A DNA stretch of 64,000 nt, from positions 5,146,001-5,210,000 of the forward strand of contig CM120642.1 in assembly GCA_051362555.1 (NCBI GenBank). Reading direction: 5' to 3'. The notes under the pieces are model-generated. The model was given only the letters and a program-made list of their open reading frames with translations. It was not told where the DNA came from and ran no database searches. The stretch is from Lingula anatina (taxonomy: Eukaryota; Animalia; Brachiopoda). A program made the translations under genes and the position numbers. Below, one piece after another: positions 36,101-50,060 of the stretch. Position 1 is the stretch's first letter; each line of letters opens with the position of its first letter.

Positions 36101-39100
36101 GAGTTAAAAGAGAAAGAAATTAGCAGAGTTCAGTTCATGATTATAAGTAGGTCAAAGGTCAATTTGAAGGTCACATATAGATTGCCAGTATATGACTTCC
36201 TATTCAAGTCCAATAGTAACTACGGACCTATCTCAGCCAGTTTTGGAGATAAAAGGAAACCAAAATTTGCAAAATTCAGTTCATGGTGAAAAGTAGGTCA
36301 AAGGTCAATTTCAAGGTCACAGTAAGATTGCCAGTATATGACTTCCTATTCAAGTCCAATAGAAACTACGGACCTATCTCTGCCAGTTTTGGAGATAAAA
36401 GGGAAGCAAAATTTGCAATGTTCAGTTCATGGTGAAAAGTAGGTCAAAGGTCAATTTTAAGGTCACATTTAGATTGCCAGTATATGACTTCCTATTCAAG
36501 TTCAATAGTAACTATGGACCTATCTCTGCCAGTTTTGGAGACAAAAGGGAAGCAAAATTTGCAAAGTTCAGTTCATGGTGAAAAGTAGGTCAAAGGTCAA
36601 TTTTAAGGTCACATTTAGATTGCCAGTATATGACTTCCTATTCAAGTTCAATAGTAACTATGGACCTATCTCTGACAGTTTTGGAGATAAAAGGAAAGCA
36701 AAATTTGCAAAGTACAGTTCATGGTGAAAAGTAGGTCAAAGGTCAATTTTAAGGTCACATTTATATTGCCAGTATATGACTTCCTATTCAAGTTCAATAG
36801 TAACTATGGACCTATCTCTGCCAGTTTTGGAGATATAAGGGACTAAATGTTATAATTTTGGAGTTACCATAATGTGCCTTAAATTTCGTACAGAAAAAAT
36901 TAATTAAAATAAAGAAAATGTCATTTTGGTCAAAATTCTTGAAATAAGAGGTGCTCTGAAGTTTCAGAAGTTCAAGTTTGATGAAATAATGTCATTTTTG
37001 AACACAAGTTGTCTGCTTTGCCAAGCCTTATATTTTATTTTTCCAGAGTTCAAAATTTATTATCCATTACCGTACTGCACATTTTGCTTTTACCACCAAT
37101 ATGTACTTTTTGATACAGCGTAACTCGAAAACCGTATGGAATACAAAAAAACCGAGACCACCTCCAGTATTGGGCTTTACATGCAAAGTTCAGTTCATGG
37201 TGAAAAGTAGGTCAAAGGTCAATTTTAAGGTCACATTTAGATTGCCAGTATATGACTTCCTATTCAAGTTCAATAGTAACTATGGACCTATCTCTGCCAG
37301 TTTTGGAGATAAAAGGGAAGCAAAATTTGCAAAGTTCAGTTCATGGTGAAAAGTAGGTCAAAGGTCAATTTTAAGGTCACATTTAGATTGCCAGTATATG
37401 ACTTCCTATTCAAGTTCAATAGTAACTACAGACCTATCTCTGCCAGTTTTGGAGATAAAACGGAAGCAAAATTTGCAAAGTTCAGTTCATGGTGAAAAGT
37501 AGGTCAAAGGTCAATTTTAAGGTCACATTTAGATTGCCAGTATATGACTTCCTATTCAAGTTCAATAGTAACTATGGACCTATCTCTGCCAGTTTTGGAG
37601 ATAAAAGGGAAGAAAAATTTGCAAAGTTCAGTTCATGGTGAAAAGTAGGTCAAAGGTCAATTTTAAGGTCACATATAGATTGCCAGTATATGACTTCCTA
37701 TTCAAGTTCAATAGTAACTATGGACCTATCTCTGCCAGTTTTGGAGATAAAAGGGAAGCAAAATTTGCAAAGTTCAGTTCATGGTGAAAAGTAGGTCAAA
37801 GGTCAATTTTAAGGTCACATTTAGATTGCCAGTATATGACTTCCTATTCAAGTTCAATAGTAACTACGGACCTATCTCAGCCAGTTTTGGAGATAAAAGG
37901 AAAGCAAAATTTGCAAAGTTCAGTTCATGGTGAAAAGTAGGTCAAAGGTCAATTTTAAGGTCACATTTAGATTGCCAGTATATGACTTCCTATTCAAGTT
38001 CAATAGTAACTATGGACCTATCTCTGACAGTTTTGGAGATAAAAGGGAAGAAAAATTTGCAAAGTTCAGTTCATGGTGAAAAGTAGGTCAAAGGTCAATT
38101 TTAAGGTCACATATAGATTGCCAGTATATGACTTCCTATTCAAGTTCAAAAGTAACTATGGACCTATCTCTGCCAGTTTTGGAGATAAAAGGGAAGCAAA
38201 TTTTGCAAAGTTCAGTTTATGGTGAAAAGTAGGTCAAAGGTCAATTTTAAGGTCACATATAGATTGCCAGTATATGACTTCCTATTCAACTTCAATAGTA
38301 ACTATAGACCTATCTCTGCCAGTTTTGGAGATATAAGGGACTAAATGTTATAATTTTGGAGTTACCATAATGTGCCTTAAATTTCGTACAGAAAAAATTA
38401 ATTAAAATAAAGAAAATGTCATTTTGGTCAAAATTCTTGAAATAGGAGGTGCTCTGAAGTTTCAGAAGTTCAAATTTGATGAAATAATGTCATTTTTGAA
38501 CACAAGTTGTCTGCTTTGCCAAGCCTTATGTTTTATTTTTCCAGAGTTCAAAATTTATTATCCATTACCGTACTGCACATTTTGCTTTTACCACCAATAT
38601 GTACTTTTTGATACAGCGTAACTCGAAAACCGTATGGAATACAAAAAAACCGAGACCACCTCCAGTGTTGGGCTTTACATGCTCTACAAAATGCAAAAAA
38701 GAATGGGTCTCTAGCATTAACGGTTCCCGAATTAGAGACAGTTTTCAGTTTCGGTATCTTATGGCCGCTACTCCCGTGAAAATGCACCGATTGACCCCAA
38801 ATTCATGGAGATGAAAGATGACCTGAAGGGTAACACTTTCCAATAATATTATTGGTTAAGTCTGTGTGGTGTCTGAATAACAGGGCAAAAAAATTTTTTT
38901 TCGTAAAAAATTTCATTTTTTTGAAAATTTTGGCCCATTTGACCTTGAAGTAAAGGTCAAAGGTCAAATCCAAGGGTATATTTGAAATCTACACATATGA
39001 CTTTTGGAAAGCCGTCTATAGAAATTTTTCCCATAACTCCTTCCGTAGGGTAGATAATTAGCATTTAATTTTGCCATTTTTAGACAAGGGTGCATTGCAA

Positions 39101-42100
39101 TGAGTGCCACACCCAGACCCCAATACCGACAAAGCCCAAATTTTACGTGGAACGAGTTGAGATTATAGGTGACCTAAATCCATGAGATGGGTATGGGGGG
39201 CCTTACCGTCTAGGAGGAGAAGCGGTAACGGTAGCCGTCCGGCGGAGCCGGCGGAACGATCCGGACGAGACCGAAACCATGTGTACCGCCAGCGCTAACG
39301 CTGGTGGTACAAATACTATAATTTACACATCGCACATTCATCACTGCAGAAAAATACATTAATATAAATTTATTATTTCATTTACTTTTGAGTCATTAAA
39401 ACAAATTTATTTCACTTTATTCTGTATCATCTATAGGATTTACTTTCCATACATAATGGTTGGTAAAGTAGAACTACCTATACTGGAATTAGCATCCTGG
39501 ACAGGAGGGGTTGAAATGCCGCCGCCTGCCTCGTCTTTGTTTTCAGATTCATCATGAGGTGACGTTTTACCATCCCCTTGAAGAGCAAACAAATTCATCA
39601 TCGTCTACCACTTGAATACAAACTGTTTGTGGTATGACAAACATAAATTCATTGGTTTGAGAAATAAATAAGCAATGATAAATTGATAAGGAACCATGAT
39701 TTGAAAACAGAAAAATTTTATCCACATCCATTTTGACTTCCACACAACACTACAAGCTGATATCTTTGAAAGTTCACAACTAAAATATTCATTACTCATA
39801 GTAGTCTACATTAATTTGCCATAAATTTCTATAATATAATAGGGTAACTAATTTGTTCCTGATTTAGCTCCAAACAAACATAATTCAGACCTCTGTCCTT
39901 GTGCCTCGGGGATTCCCTGTCTCTCGGCACAGACAGCGTCAAGTCTTCCTTCACATCTTGGGCTTTAGATCCCTTCCGTCTCACACCTGGTGAACATTAG
40001 CAAGTATAATGATGCATGCCACGCAAAATTCAAGGAAAATGGAATAACATATACATAATGTACATTGTCCCAAGAATGGTGATCTGTATTATTTAATTAA
40101 AGCTTAAGCATGATTTCAAATAAGTTGACAATGTCAAAGATTTAAAAATAATAATTTAACATACCAAAACAGCACCTGTGATTCTTGCTGGTGCAGTGCA
40201 CTGATAACTTTTATGTTTTTTTTTTCATAACACACCTTTAATTTTCAGCAATGCATACCTTTAGAAATTTTCTCCTTAACCGACTTAAAAATGCTGAGTT
40301 TCTTTCTGTCATGTCTGTCATCTTCCTAAATTCATCAAAAAATTTTCAAAATCTTTGATTAGTAAAGCATGATTGTTGGCTACTGTATTTTGTATTTCAC
40401 AGACCAAATGTATGAAAGAATCTTCCGCCCTTGTATTGCCTCTCATATGTGAAATATCACTGTGAAAGACATACATGATTCTAAAAAATAGATAAATATG
40501 TATCAATTACATAATGACTGCAGTAGATTCCTCATGATTCAGACACTTAGAGGACCGAAAAATTTTCGCGAGTTACATTACATTTTCCATGTAATTTTAG
40601 CTGACATCAAAGTATCCATTTGCTATGAATGTTAATTTGAGACATGTTTTTGGGAGTCATTCCAATTCTTATGTATTTATTTTAAATCTTCTTGTGCATT
40701 TGCTCTTATTTCAGCCTACCTCATGCTGGCTGTTCTGATTTCGCCTCTTTGGTATTGCACCAGCAGATGGCACCACCGTTACTTCCTGTGCCTTGCTAAA
40801 CTGAATCTCATTAGCTGTCTTCTCCTTTCCTTCAGTCACATGATCTATCAGCTGATCAGTGCTCACACCAGCTGCACCAGTACCACTTTGGCTTTCATCG
40901 GTACTACTATGACTTCTTGTGGTCTCTGTTCCATTGGACAAGGTGCTCAGTCCACTTCCTCTACTACCACTGCCATAACTGCTGTCAAAATTATCAACTA
41001 AGTTGGGAATCAGGTCTCGAGTTCTAGGAGGTATAGGGGGCGTCTGCAGAAGAGAGATGTTTGGGACAGGGTCATTAATAGATGGAGCCCCTGTTGTGTC
41101 ATTTTTCGGACCCTCTTGCATCAGGGGATCAAATAAGGTGACCGCAGTAGACAGCCGATTCTCATCAATATTCACATTCTGTTGTTCAGTCAGCTTCAAA
41201 TTATCAATGTTATCAGACAGCATATCTACCGACAAACTTGTAGCAGTAGCACCTGGGAGAGAAAATTCTGACTGGCCACTTATAAAAATCCGAGACTCTC
41301 GCCCACGATCTTCGAATATATCTTCCTCACTGATTGGCCCATTCAGGACCCTGCGCTGGTTGAGATGGCCCTCTGGCAGCCATGTCTGATCCAACGATGG
41401 CGGCACTGCTGGCCGTATTGACTGCTGGTCATACTGGGCTTGCCTGACTGGGTCCACGCTGTACAGTACACTACCTACCCTCCCCTGTGCATGCTGGAGA
41501 GAGTCCGAAATGCGTTGACTGGAGGTGTATTCATACTTGGTTTCCTCGATCCTGCTGTAGTTCTCCACCATCTGAGATACAACCCTGGACCTGGAGATGA
41601 AGATTATTTCTGCACTGAAATTATATGCCAGCTTGGAAAATTTATTTTAAAGGTGCTTTTCTTGTTTTATTAGCTGTAACTGAAATTACATCCAAATGAA
41701 ATAAAATTAATGAGATCATTACTAAATTTTTATTTTTAATTGCAATAACAATTAGAAAGTAAAAATCTTAATTATATTACAAAGAAACATACAATTCTCA
41801 TGAACTATCATAAATTCATTTTCATTAGCATTAATTGTACTTCTTCCACATAATGCACAAATTCCTAGCCAGAAAGATAAGAAATAAAAACACCCATATG
41901 CCTTATATTGTTCAAAAATTCTCTCACTCATTCTCATAACAAACAATAAACCTACCGGTTTTCATCCCAACGAACTTCCCTGGAAGTATTTCCCACATGT
42001 CTGCGCATAACAACCTGCGGTGGGACGCCAGCATCAGGAAGATCATCTGAGGAGTTTCCAAAGAAGAAGGAGGCTGATTCTTCAGATGTGTTGGTGGGGG

Positions 42101-45100
42101 GTGGTACTCCTCCAATAGCACCCTCCAGAGCATCAACTTCTGTGAGATTAAAAAAAAGAGAGCTCTCAAGTTATTTTCAGTTTCTGACATATGAATGCCA
42201 TGTAAAATTACCTTAAAAGAGTAACAAACACTCACATAATTTCATTTCTCAAAATTGTTAACAAAGAAAAGTACAGTTTAAACAAAATATGATAATACCA
42301 AAATGTGACTGATATCAATTGACATTTAAGGTATTAATGGAATTTACCAGCAATCTGATCTTCTCGCTGATCAACCTCAGAGCCTTCATCTGCTGCCTGA
42401 CTTTTGCTGCTAACACTCACAGTGTCATCCTGAACAAAAAATAAGTAAATAAATAAATGAATAAATAAAGACAAACCATGCATTTCCAGACCAACACTGA
42501 ATGAAGATTGCTAAATGATAGCGAAAACATATCTTTTTTTCAAATTTTTAAAAAATCACTTCAAGGTTTATACCCTGCCCTTACAGATTAACTTTATCTA
42601 AACATACAACTACATTAAATTTCAAATTCATAGTCACAAATAAACTTTACCTAAACATACAACTACATTAAATCCTAAATTCATAGTCCATCACACTAAT
42701 TGCACTAAAATTTTTTTTCAATGCTATATATTGACAAATGCCTTTCCGCTTGCTGCCTATCACTATACTTGGCAATGCCTGTGTCCACTCACCGTGTCCA
42801 GCTCCAGAAGTCTGTCCACCTGACTTTCCCCAGTCTCACTGGCCAGAACATCTGTGCTCCAGGCATCACTGGCAGTCTCTGACATCTCAGATGCCTGTCA
42901 GCAAAACAGTTTGTATTTTTTGTGATATTATAAAACAGTAATGTACCCAATAATAACATAATTATATCAAAGTTGAAAAAGTTTTATATTATAAAACAAA
43001 AATATATCCAATAATAACATAATTATATCAAAGTTTTCATTCTGGTACTTCTTAGTTGTATTATACGAAGATGATGGGAAAATTGAATCTCATACTGGAT
43101 CTTACTTGAAATGGAGATCGCAGCATTTTGACCTTGTCACAAAACTTTTCCAGATGAAATGAATTGTCATCAGTGTCATATGATGCTTGAAATTTCCATT
43201 CTAATTTCATTTATCACTATGTCTGTTTTGATTCCATTTTATCTTAAAATAATCCATAATTCAATTTAATATATTTCAAAACAAACCATACTTACATGTC
43301 TTTTGGGATCCTGAAAGGGTACTCCCAGTAAATTCTGACAAATAATTTCCTCGGCGACCTCCTCTAGGCGTTCTAGTTGGTCTCTTTCCGGAGGCTCGGA
43401 GTCGCTGGCAAGAACGTCTGTGCTCCAAGTGTCACTCACCGTGGACTTGGTCTCATCCTCTGTAAATAAGAAATGTGTTAAATGCATCAACTGGAAGTCT
43501 TAGATTAAATGATTTCTATGCTAAAGAGGCCTTTTCAAGATTAAATGGGGGGTTCAATATTTCCTACTTCAAAATTACACTTATGTAGTTCCATCATCAA
43601 CAATTTTTTCTCGGTCACACCTTATATATCAAACTTACCAACCTCACCCTCACACACTCTTTCTTCCACTTCCTAAATATCACTTCTATGTTATAACTTA
43701 AATCATAAATGGTTCAGCTTATAACTCACTTTCATATTCTGATTTGATGTCAAACTTTCCAAATCTCTCCGTCACATCTTCTCTGTCTCTCTTCCTTATA
43801 GTAATGGGCAGATCCTGCACCCTGGGAAGCTCCTCCTCTGGCCCTATGCTATCAGTATGGGACACTGGGGTATCTCGCCCACTGATATTCGGGGTGCCCC
43901 TGCCACTGACATTGGCTGACAGCATGTCGGAAAAGTTGTCTGTGACGTCATTTTCATCGTCGTCCAGTTCCACAGAACCTACGGAGTGACTGGATGCTGC
44001 CTCTGATATGGCTTCTAAATAGTCACTGGTATTACCTGGGGGAAAATCGGATTTTAAACATTTTGATCATAATACCTTTTAGCTACGTCTGCTAAATAAT
44101 TACTTGCAATATGTGCTTAGATTGCAACTTGAAGGTTGTACCATCAGAAAAGATTCAAGGTAAAAATCTTCTCATCTATGAGGAATTTGAGTTTAAAAAC
44201 CATTACAGAATTCTACAGATATACATGTCAGTTTTCTAATTTCATAATTATGCAAAGTAAAAAGATTTTGTCTGTTTAATAGATGTTCTAGGTTGTCACT
44301 GATTATGTCATTGAAATATCATACATCTCATTTATACAACTGTATCCTGTATAAGCTGAAAAAAAAAAAAAAAAGTCTTCAGATCTCTTCCTCTCACCTA
44401 TTGAATCCTGATCATGTGACAAAGAAAACCTTGTCCTCTTTTCCACAACTTCTGGCTCTCCATCTCCATCTAAGTCTTCTCCAGGTAAACTGTCCACCTT
44501 CCCACGTCTACGGCGCATCTCCATTCTCAGAACCTAGAACAGCAAAATTAATGAAATATTGTTAGATTGTCAAATGCACTGAGATAACAGTAAGAACAAT
44601 GTACACGCAATTAAGGCACTGTGACAAAATATGACAAAACTTCTCTATATTCAAGTTTAGTGAAAAGTTGTTTAATTTTGGCGAGAGGGCAATGGACCAA
44701 AGAAGTGATTATCTTTTACAGCAGGTACAATTCGGAGTCCTCATTTATGAGGGTTATTACCAATATATGTGTATATCTTTAAAGTCTTACTTCCTCAAAA
44801 AATAATAAAATCTGTTACATTGATCTTCTTAAAATGTGACTCTTCTGATTCGTGCTCATATTATAATCATATAAATGTATACCTTCTCTTCTACCAGCAT
44901 TCCAGGTACCTCAGTCTGTTGATTGGTTACTATGACTAGAACATCCTCTTGGGGGTCTACATCTTGCAAACTCAAGGAGTCCTCCCCAGAGTCGTCTGAG
45001 TTACCTACATTGCCACTTAAGTTTGTGAAGCTACGCTTTTTGTTCACTGCAATAAAACAGACAAGAGAATCAAAGGCATTTCTGAACATTATAGTTTTAA

Positions 45101-48100
45101 AAATTTTCTTCTGTTTGTTTGTCCATCTGTATAACTTCAGGATGCATGTGAACATGCGCGCACACACACACATGTGCACTCGCACTAACAAAAGGACTTT
45201 ATTAAATCCATCTTTTTAGCCAAACCCAACATGTGGCAAACAGACTAACTACAAGATATTGGAGGAATTTCACTTTCATTTTCCTTATCAGATAAAAAAA
45301 ATCCTGACTCAAAAGAGAGAGAGAAAAAAAAACATAATGGAAAAATCTAGCATTTCTTATCCTGTGAGGCTAGACAAGGGGGGTAACTGTTACCATGTAC
45401 CTTTACTATTTTTCCTGTCCTGTGAGGGTGTCCCTGGGGGTGTGGCTACGGGAGTCACCACTCCTGTGTTTCTGATAGCAGCATTAGCCACACTTAACTG
45501 TGCCATCAATGGACTGTTAGCAGGTAGGTCACCCAGCAAACTCTCCACTAACTTCCTCTCTTGACTGTTCTCATTCAGGTCACTCTGGACCTAGTTGGAA
45601 GGAAAAAATCAGCCACTTGATTTTGATAACAATAAATTGAATATAAATCCCAAGTAATTTGATTCAAATCAAATATCTGTTAAGTTCCTTTTATGTTGAT
45701 TTATTGACATCATTACGAGGAAGCAGTTTGTTTTCATTTTAAAATAGTTTGTTTCTGTTTGATAAGCCAGGACCCTTATCAGTAGGAGGAAGCAATTTAT
45801 CTTCAAATGAAAAGGAAGGTATTCAATTAAGCTATATAACAGTAAAGCTTTGTTCAATTTCTATCAGCTAAACACCAGACCACAATGATATTCAATCTCA
45901 GCAGATGTGATGACATTCTTTGTTTGTAGATAGCTCATAGTGTTAGTGTTATTCTCAAGTTTGTCTATTTTATTTTCATAAACTCACATAACTAACTACC
46001 ATAATTTCAGTGGTGAAATACAATAACTTTATTACATCACTATCAAAATATCAATGACAAAATTTTCACAAAAAAAAACAAACAATTATTTGCAAAATAT
46101 AAAACACAGTTCTAACATTCACTGAATTCTTTAAAGTCTTCTTACCTCAGTCAGGAAATTGATCACCATCCTGAGCTGGGCCGTAGTAAGCAGAACAGCA
46201 GTGCGCCCTACCCCATGCAGCTGTAGAGGGGAGTGGGCGGGGCTATCTGACACCTCACTCTCTATCATATTGTCTAGTATGGAGGAGACACAACCCTGGA
46301 TGTTTGAAGAAAAAAGAAAAGATCATTCTGACTGAATCCCCTGGTAGCTATAAGCAAGGTGCTATATGACCAAGTGTACCAAACCAAGGGCTTACATAAA
46401 ATTCACCTTGAGAAATATTTTTCTTTTGGATTCACCCAACAAAATCTATTTTTCTTTCCAAAATGAAAACATCATCTTATTTAATAAAAATATTTGGAAG
46501 AAAAGGACTGATCAGCGAAATAAAACTTTAGCATATATTCAATGAACACAAGGTAGATATGCAATGCTACTTTCATATGAATTCCGCAACAATAAAATAA
46601 CTGTTTAGATATATACATTAAAATGAGTCAAATAAATACATAAATGGAGCAGTTTCCTATTTGATTAGTATGGTTTATTAAAACTGTGCAATATGTAATT
46701 GCACTGCTATACAATAACAATAATCCTAAACAACGATAAAATGCATCACTTCACAATAAAAGTGCTTTTCTTTCTTGGGTTTTACTGAACTGCAATGACC
46801 TAACTTACGGTTTAATACAATAAATATATACTGTAAATATATATATTGACAGAATCTATAAAAACATAATGCATATGTGTTTAATATTTATTTCATTTTA
46901 ATGAGAAGACCTTTTGTTCTCACCCTCTCAAACTTCCCATAAAGGTCCTGTATACGTGGGTCAATGTCTTCCAGCTTAGAAATAGTTAAAACCTGGAGGA
47001 TCTGGGCAACCTAAATGATGATGATGAGAATGAATGAATGAATACATATTCATAACAACAACAACAACAACAACAACAACAAATTAATCAATACAAACAA
47101 CAAATAAATAATTATAATTAAATAAATTTGGTCTGACAAAGAAATATTAACCAAAGAACTTATCAATTTCACTGTACAAGCAAAAGATCACAAATTGGAA
47201 TATCTTGAAGAAAACAAAATGGTGGTATGAACACAGCTTCTGTGTTTTAACACACAGATGAAAGCAATATCCATATGAACTCAAATACAAGTTCACAGCC
47301 TTTCCACATATCTCTTATTTGCTATTGATATGCATTAACACGCAATACAAAGGCTAAAAGAAACACAATCCTATTTAACACTGGGGGGATTCAGCACAGG
47401 AAAATAATCAATAATTTTAAAGCAGTTTAAGGCAGTATGCCTTTTTGCATACTAGTATATGTATACTGCAGTAACCCTGGCTTATATATCCCCTAGAGAC
47501 TTCATCATTTCAATAAATCTGCACCACACACTTGCTTATTTGCATTTTAATTTATGAATTATTCAACTACACAATTAAATTACCTTCCCAAACATTCAAG
47601 ACAAGAAGCAATAGCTTGGTTGACAAGTATTTTTTGCAATATAATTTTTTCAGCCCAATCATTTATACTTTTTCATAAACTTGTCTTCCTTTTCCTAAAT
47701 AAAAGATTATATTGTAGGCAAATTTTCAGGCTAGAATGAGCCAAGACTGGGAATAAACACCTAAAAATGTTTAACTTACCTGCATTAAGTTATGCCTGGC
47801 AATATAACTGACTGGTGCATCCAGAGTCAGTCCGTAAGGTTCTGGGTCGCAGATAGCAGGGCAGATGAAGATAGCAAACACGAGATCCCCGCACACAGTT
47901 CTTGCCTCCGTGGTGGAGAGGTGGTTCTCCTCGCTAAGAATTCTGTACATCTGCGACACCAACCAGCACAAACTCTGTGGAAAGCAGTACATGCTGTTCT
48001 TGATACTGCTAATGAAACGTTCAGTCAGTGTGTGTAGTTTACTGATGGTGAATTCCCTATAGTTCTTCACCTTCTCGTCATACTGGGGACTTCCTGCCTC

Positions 48101-48814
48101 CCCAAACCTCTTCAATTTATCAGCTGATGGAAATCTCACCAATGCTTTCTCCGGGTCTATGTCATAAAACCACTCATCTTCCATTAGAAGCTGCATCACT
48201 GGCTTGTGAAGAGCAGCAGTGAGAAAAAGTTTAACAGAGAATAAACTTTCAATGAGTAATCTAAACACAGCACTAAAAGTACAGTTTCCTCTCCTGAGCA
48301 TTTTACAAGGGTCATTACTTTTGGCAAGCTGTATCTGTATTAATGACTTCAAAAGCTGCAGTACTAGGATCTCATCTTCCTGCATTACACAATTTCCATA
48401 CAGAGACGACATCAAAATCTGGGTCATTTTTTGGCCTTTTTCCTGGTTTTGCTTTGTCCCAGCAACAAGACAACTGGCAACAACTGCAGGTCTGTCCCGT
48501 AGCTGCTGTAAAAATTCTCCATATTTAGAATCATGATAATTCAAATATTTATAACTATCAATAAAATTTGCCAGATCCAGTTGATTGGCCTTATGACAAA
48601 CCACAGCTGGTGACATCTCCCGAGAGCCAAGAATCAATTGATTTAGATTCAGCCTCTGCTGCTTTGCAATCCATGCTGTGTGAAAAAGTTGCTCAGCAAC
48701 CTTCCCAATTTCTTCATTCAGTTTCTGAATGTGCTCTCTTTCAGAGTGAACGTAAAGACGTTCCTGCTTCAAGTGTCTGGCAAGCTCCAGCAACTTGTCA
48801 AACTGTGCTGCCAT
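30640..48814 (-). CDS. GAPVD1: GTPase-activating protein and VPS9 domain-containing protein 1 (GAPex-5/RME-6 orthologue), 23 coding exons
   Basis: N-terminal RasGAP-like domain (LARHLKQERLYV...FICPAICDPEPYG...ARHNLMQVAQILQ) and C-terminal VPS9 (AADDFMPVLIFVIIKANPP...GEEQYWWMQFSSAIEFIKTMD). GT-AG exons, phases consistent: 47780-48814, 46924-47010, 46146-46295, 45401-45590, 44883-45046, 44398-44533, 43730-44035, 43296-43459, 42793-42894, 42348-42429, 41956-42139, 40720-41590, 40259-40325, 39891-39986, 39478-39576, 33951-34139, 33190-33364, 32721-32855, 32471-32594, 32189-32255, 31785-31899, 31239-31377, 30640-30903. Confidence 0.95.
34331..39313 (-). mobile_element. Non-autonomous Helentron-type element (HINE/DINE-1-like) in a GAPVD1 intron
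   Basis: Subterminal inverted repeat ttgtaccaccagc (34368-34380 vs 39300-39312); 5' hairpin gtaccgccagcg-ctaa-cgctggtggtac; 3' hairpin gaggcg-atac-cgcctc followed by ctagtt on the minus strand; T-run insertion context; simple-repeat patch at ~39222-39268; internal tandem array. Confidence 0.85.
34530..38338. repeat. Two arrays of a ~146-bp monomer (16 units ~34530-36840; 8 units ~37182-38338) rich in AGGTCA half-sites
   Basis: atgacttcc recurs at 34735, 34881, 35027, 35173, 35319 (146-bp spacing); each unit has gtaggtcaaaggtca followed 6 nt later by a third aggtc(a). Confidence 0.95.
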
Positions 48815-49499
48815 TTTCCCTTAAAATTTCCTATACCCACTGCAAGAGAAGAAACATAATATATTCTTAAATTCATTCTTCTTTTAATATGAGTCAAAAT
48901 ACAGATGTTATCCTTAAAAGCAAAAGCAAACAATTATATGAAAAAAAAACAACAAAAAAATACGCCCTTAAGTTATGCTATGCGAATAAGTTACGAGAAG
49001 TTATCCACTTTAAAAAGAATATGAAAATATACGAGCAATCAACTAATTTGCAATTATATTTCAATAATTCATCCAGAGTCAAAGTGAACAATGCACATGG
49101 AAAGGTTTCACTTATATTTTCCACGTGTGTCATATAAAAGTCGTTGGAAAACCACTGGCAGAGCGGATACTTTAATGACTCATGATCAGTTGACTGGCAA
49201 AGAACCTTTTTTAATCATTCCATTAAACTTCACGATATCACTAACTATGTAATCAATGATAAGGAAGCACTTTCAGATTTTCAACGTCCATAAATTAATG
49301 CTCATTATGCAAGTGCATAAAAGAATGCACGGTTTTTCGAGCTGCAATGAATATTTGTTCACACCCCCTTATTTGCTTTGATACCAAACCATATTACACG
49401 ACCAAAGAGACACGTGTGCATCATGCCGATGCTCCAAACTATGTTCGATACTTCTATATTGTAGCGACACGCATGAATTTCAACCAGCTATCAACACTT

Positions 49500-50060
49500 A
49501 TACTCACAAAGGTATTAAATGTGTGTTATTTCCAATCCATTTTGCTGAGAGAGAGAGAACGCAAGATGAAAGTTTACAACACCCACTGCGCATTCTTTAC
49601 GCGCAAGCGATGGAAACAGACTGCGTACAGTCGAACATTAGCTAATTATGTTATTGTACTTAAGTAGTCAAATCTTTATCTTTAATCAAACATTATCAAA
49701 TATTTATGATGAAAATTTGAAAAATATTCTTTTGGCAGTCTTTAATGTATAATACGGAAAATATTGTTCGCCAAAGTGTTGACTATGCACGCGCCAACGG
49801 CTGGTTTTGTTTACTTCCGGAGCAGGTGCGCAAATTTAGTGCCAAGTATAAAAGCGTTTTCACCTGTATATCAACATATAATTTCGAAAGTACAATTTTC
49901 AGTGAAAATCAAAATGCAGATTATTTCGAGAATGCTAATATGAGCTAGCGTTTTTGGGGAAAACATTTAAAAAATCAAAAGTAGGTTAAGGGGTCATTTG
50001 GAGACAGCCGTCTGTCTGGGAATGGCGTCAGATGTCGCATTTTCATTCATCCTTTGTCTG
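49500..50060. promoter_or_regulatory. Probable bidirectional promoter between GAPVD1 and the zinc-finger gene
   Basis: Head-to-head genes; candidate non-coding first exons (minus donor at ~49508, plus donors at ~49981 and ~50061); ETS-type acttccgg at 49813-49820; locally more CpG. Confidence 0.5.

Noticed and set aside
34530-38338. CRISPR-like array
   Set aside because: Whole 146-bp units repeat with no unique spacers, there are no cas genes, and the context is a eukaryotic intron
34590-38814. Repeated short ORFs (MTSYSTSIV..., MVKILEI..., MYFLIQRN...)
   Set aside because: By-products of the tandem repeat and its internal duplication; no coding signature
39577-39604. Alternative GAPVD1 acceptor (gtggtag) extending the exon to 39604
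   Set aside because: Out of phase with the preceding exon; the acceptor opening at 39576 keeps the frame
40274-40282. TCCTTAAC U12 branch-like motif
   Set aside because: It is on the strand opposite GAPVD1 and inside an exon; all GAPVD1 introns are ordinary GT-AG
40723-41673. Plus-strand ORFs antisense to the large GAPVD1 exon (and similar shadow ORFs over other genes)
   Set aside because: Antisense or alternate-frame shadows of real coding exons
42590-43036. Short local duplications (~53 bp at 42591-42688; ~29 bp at 42947/43008)
   Set aside because: Ordinary intronic slippage duplications
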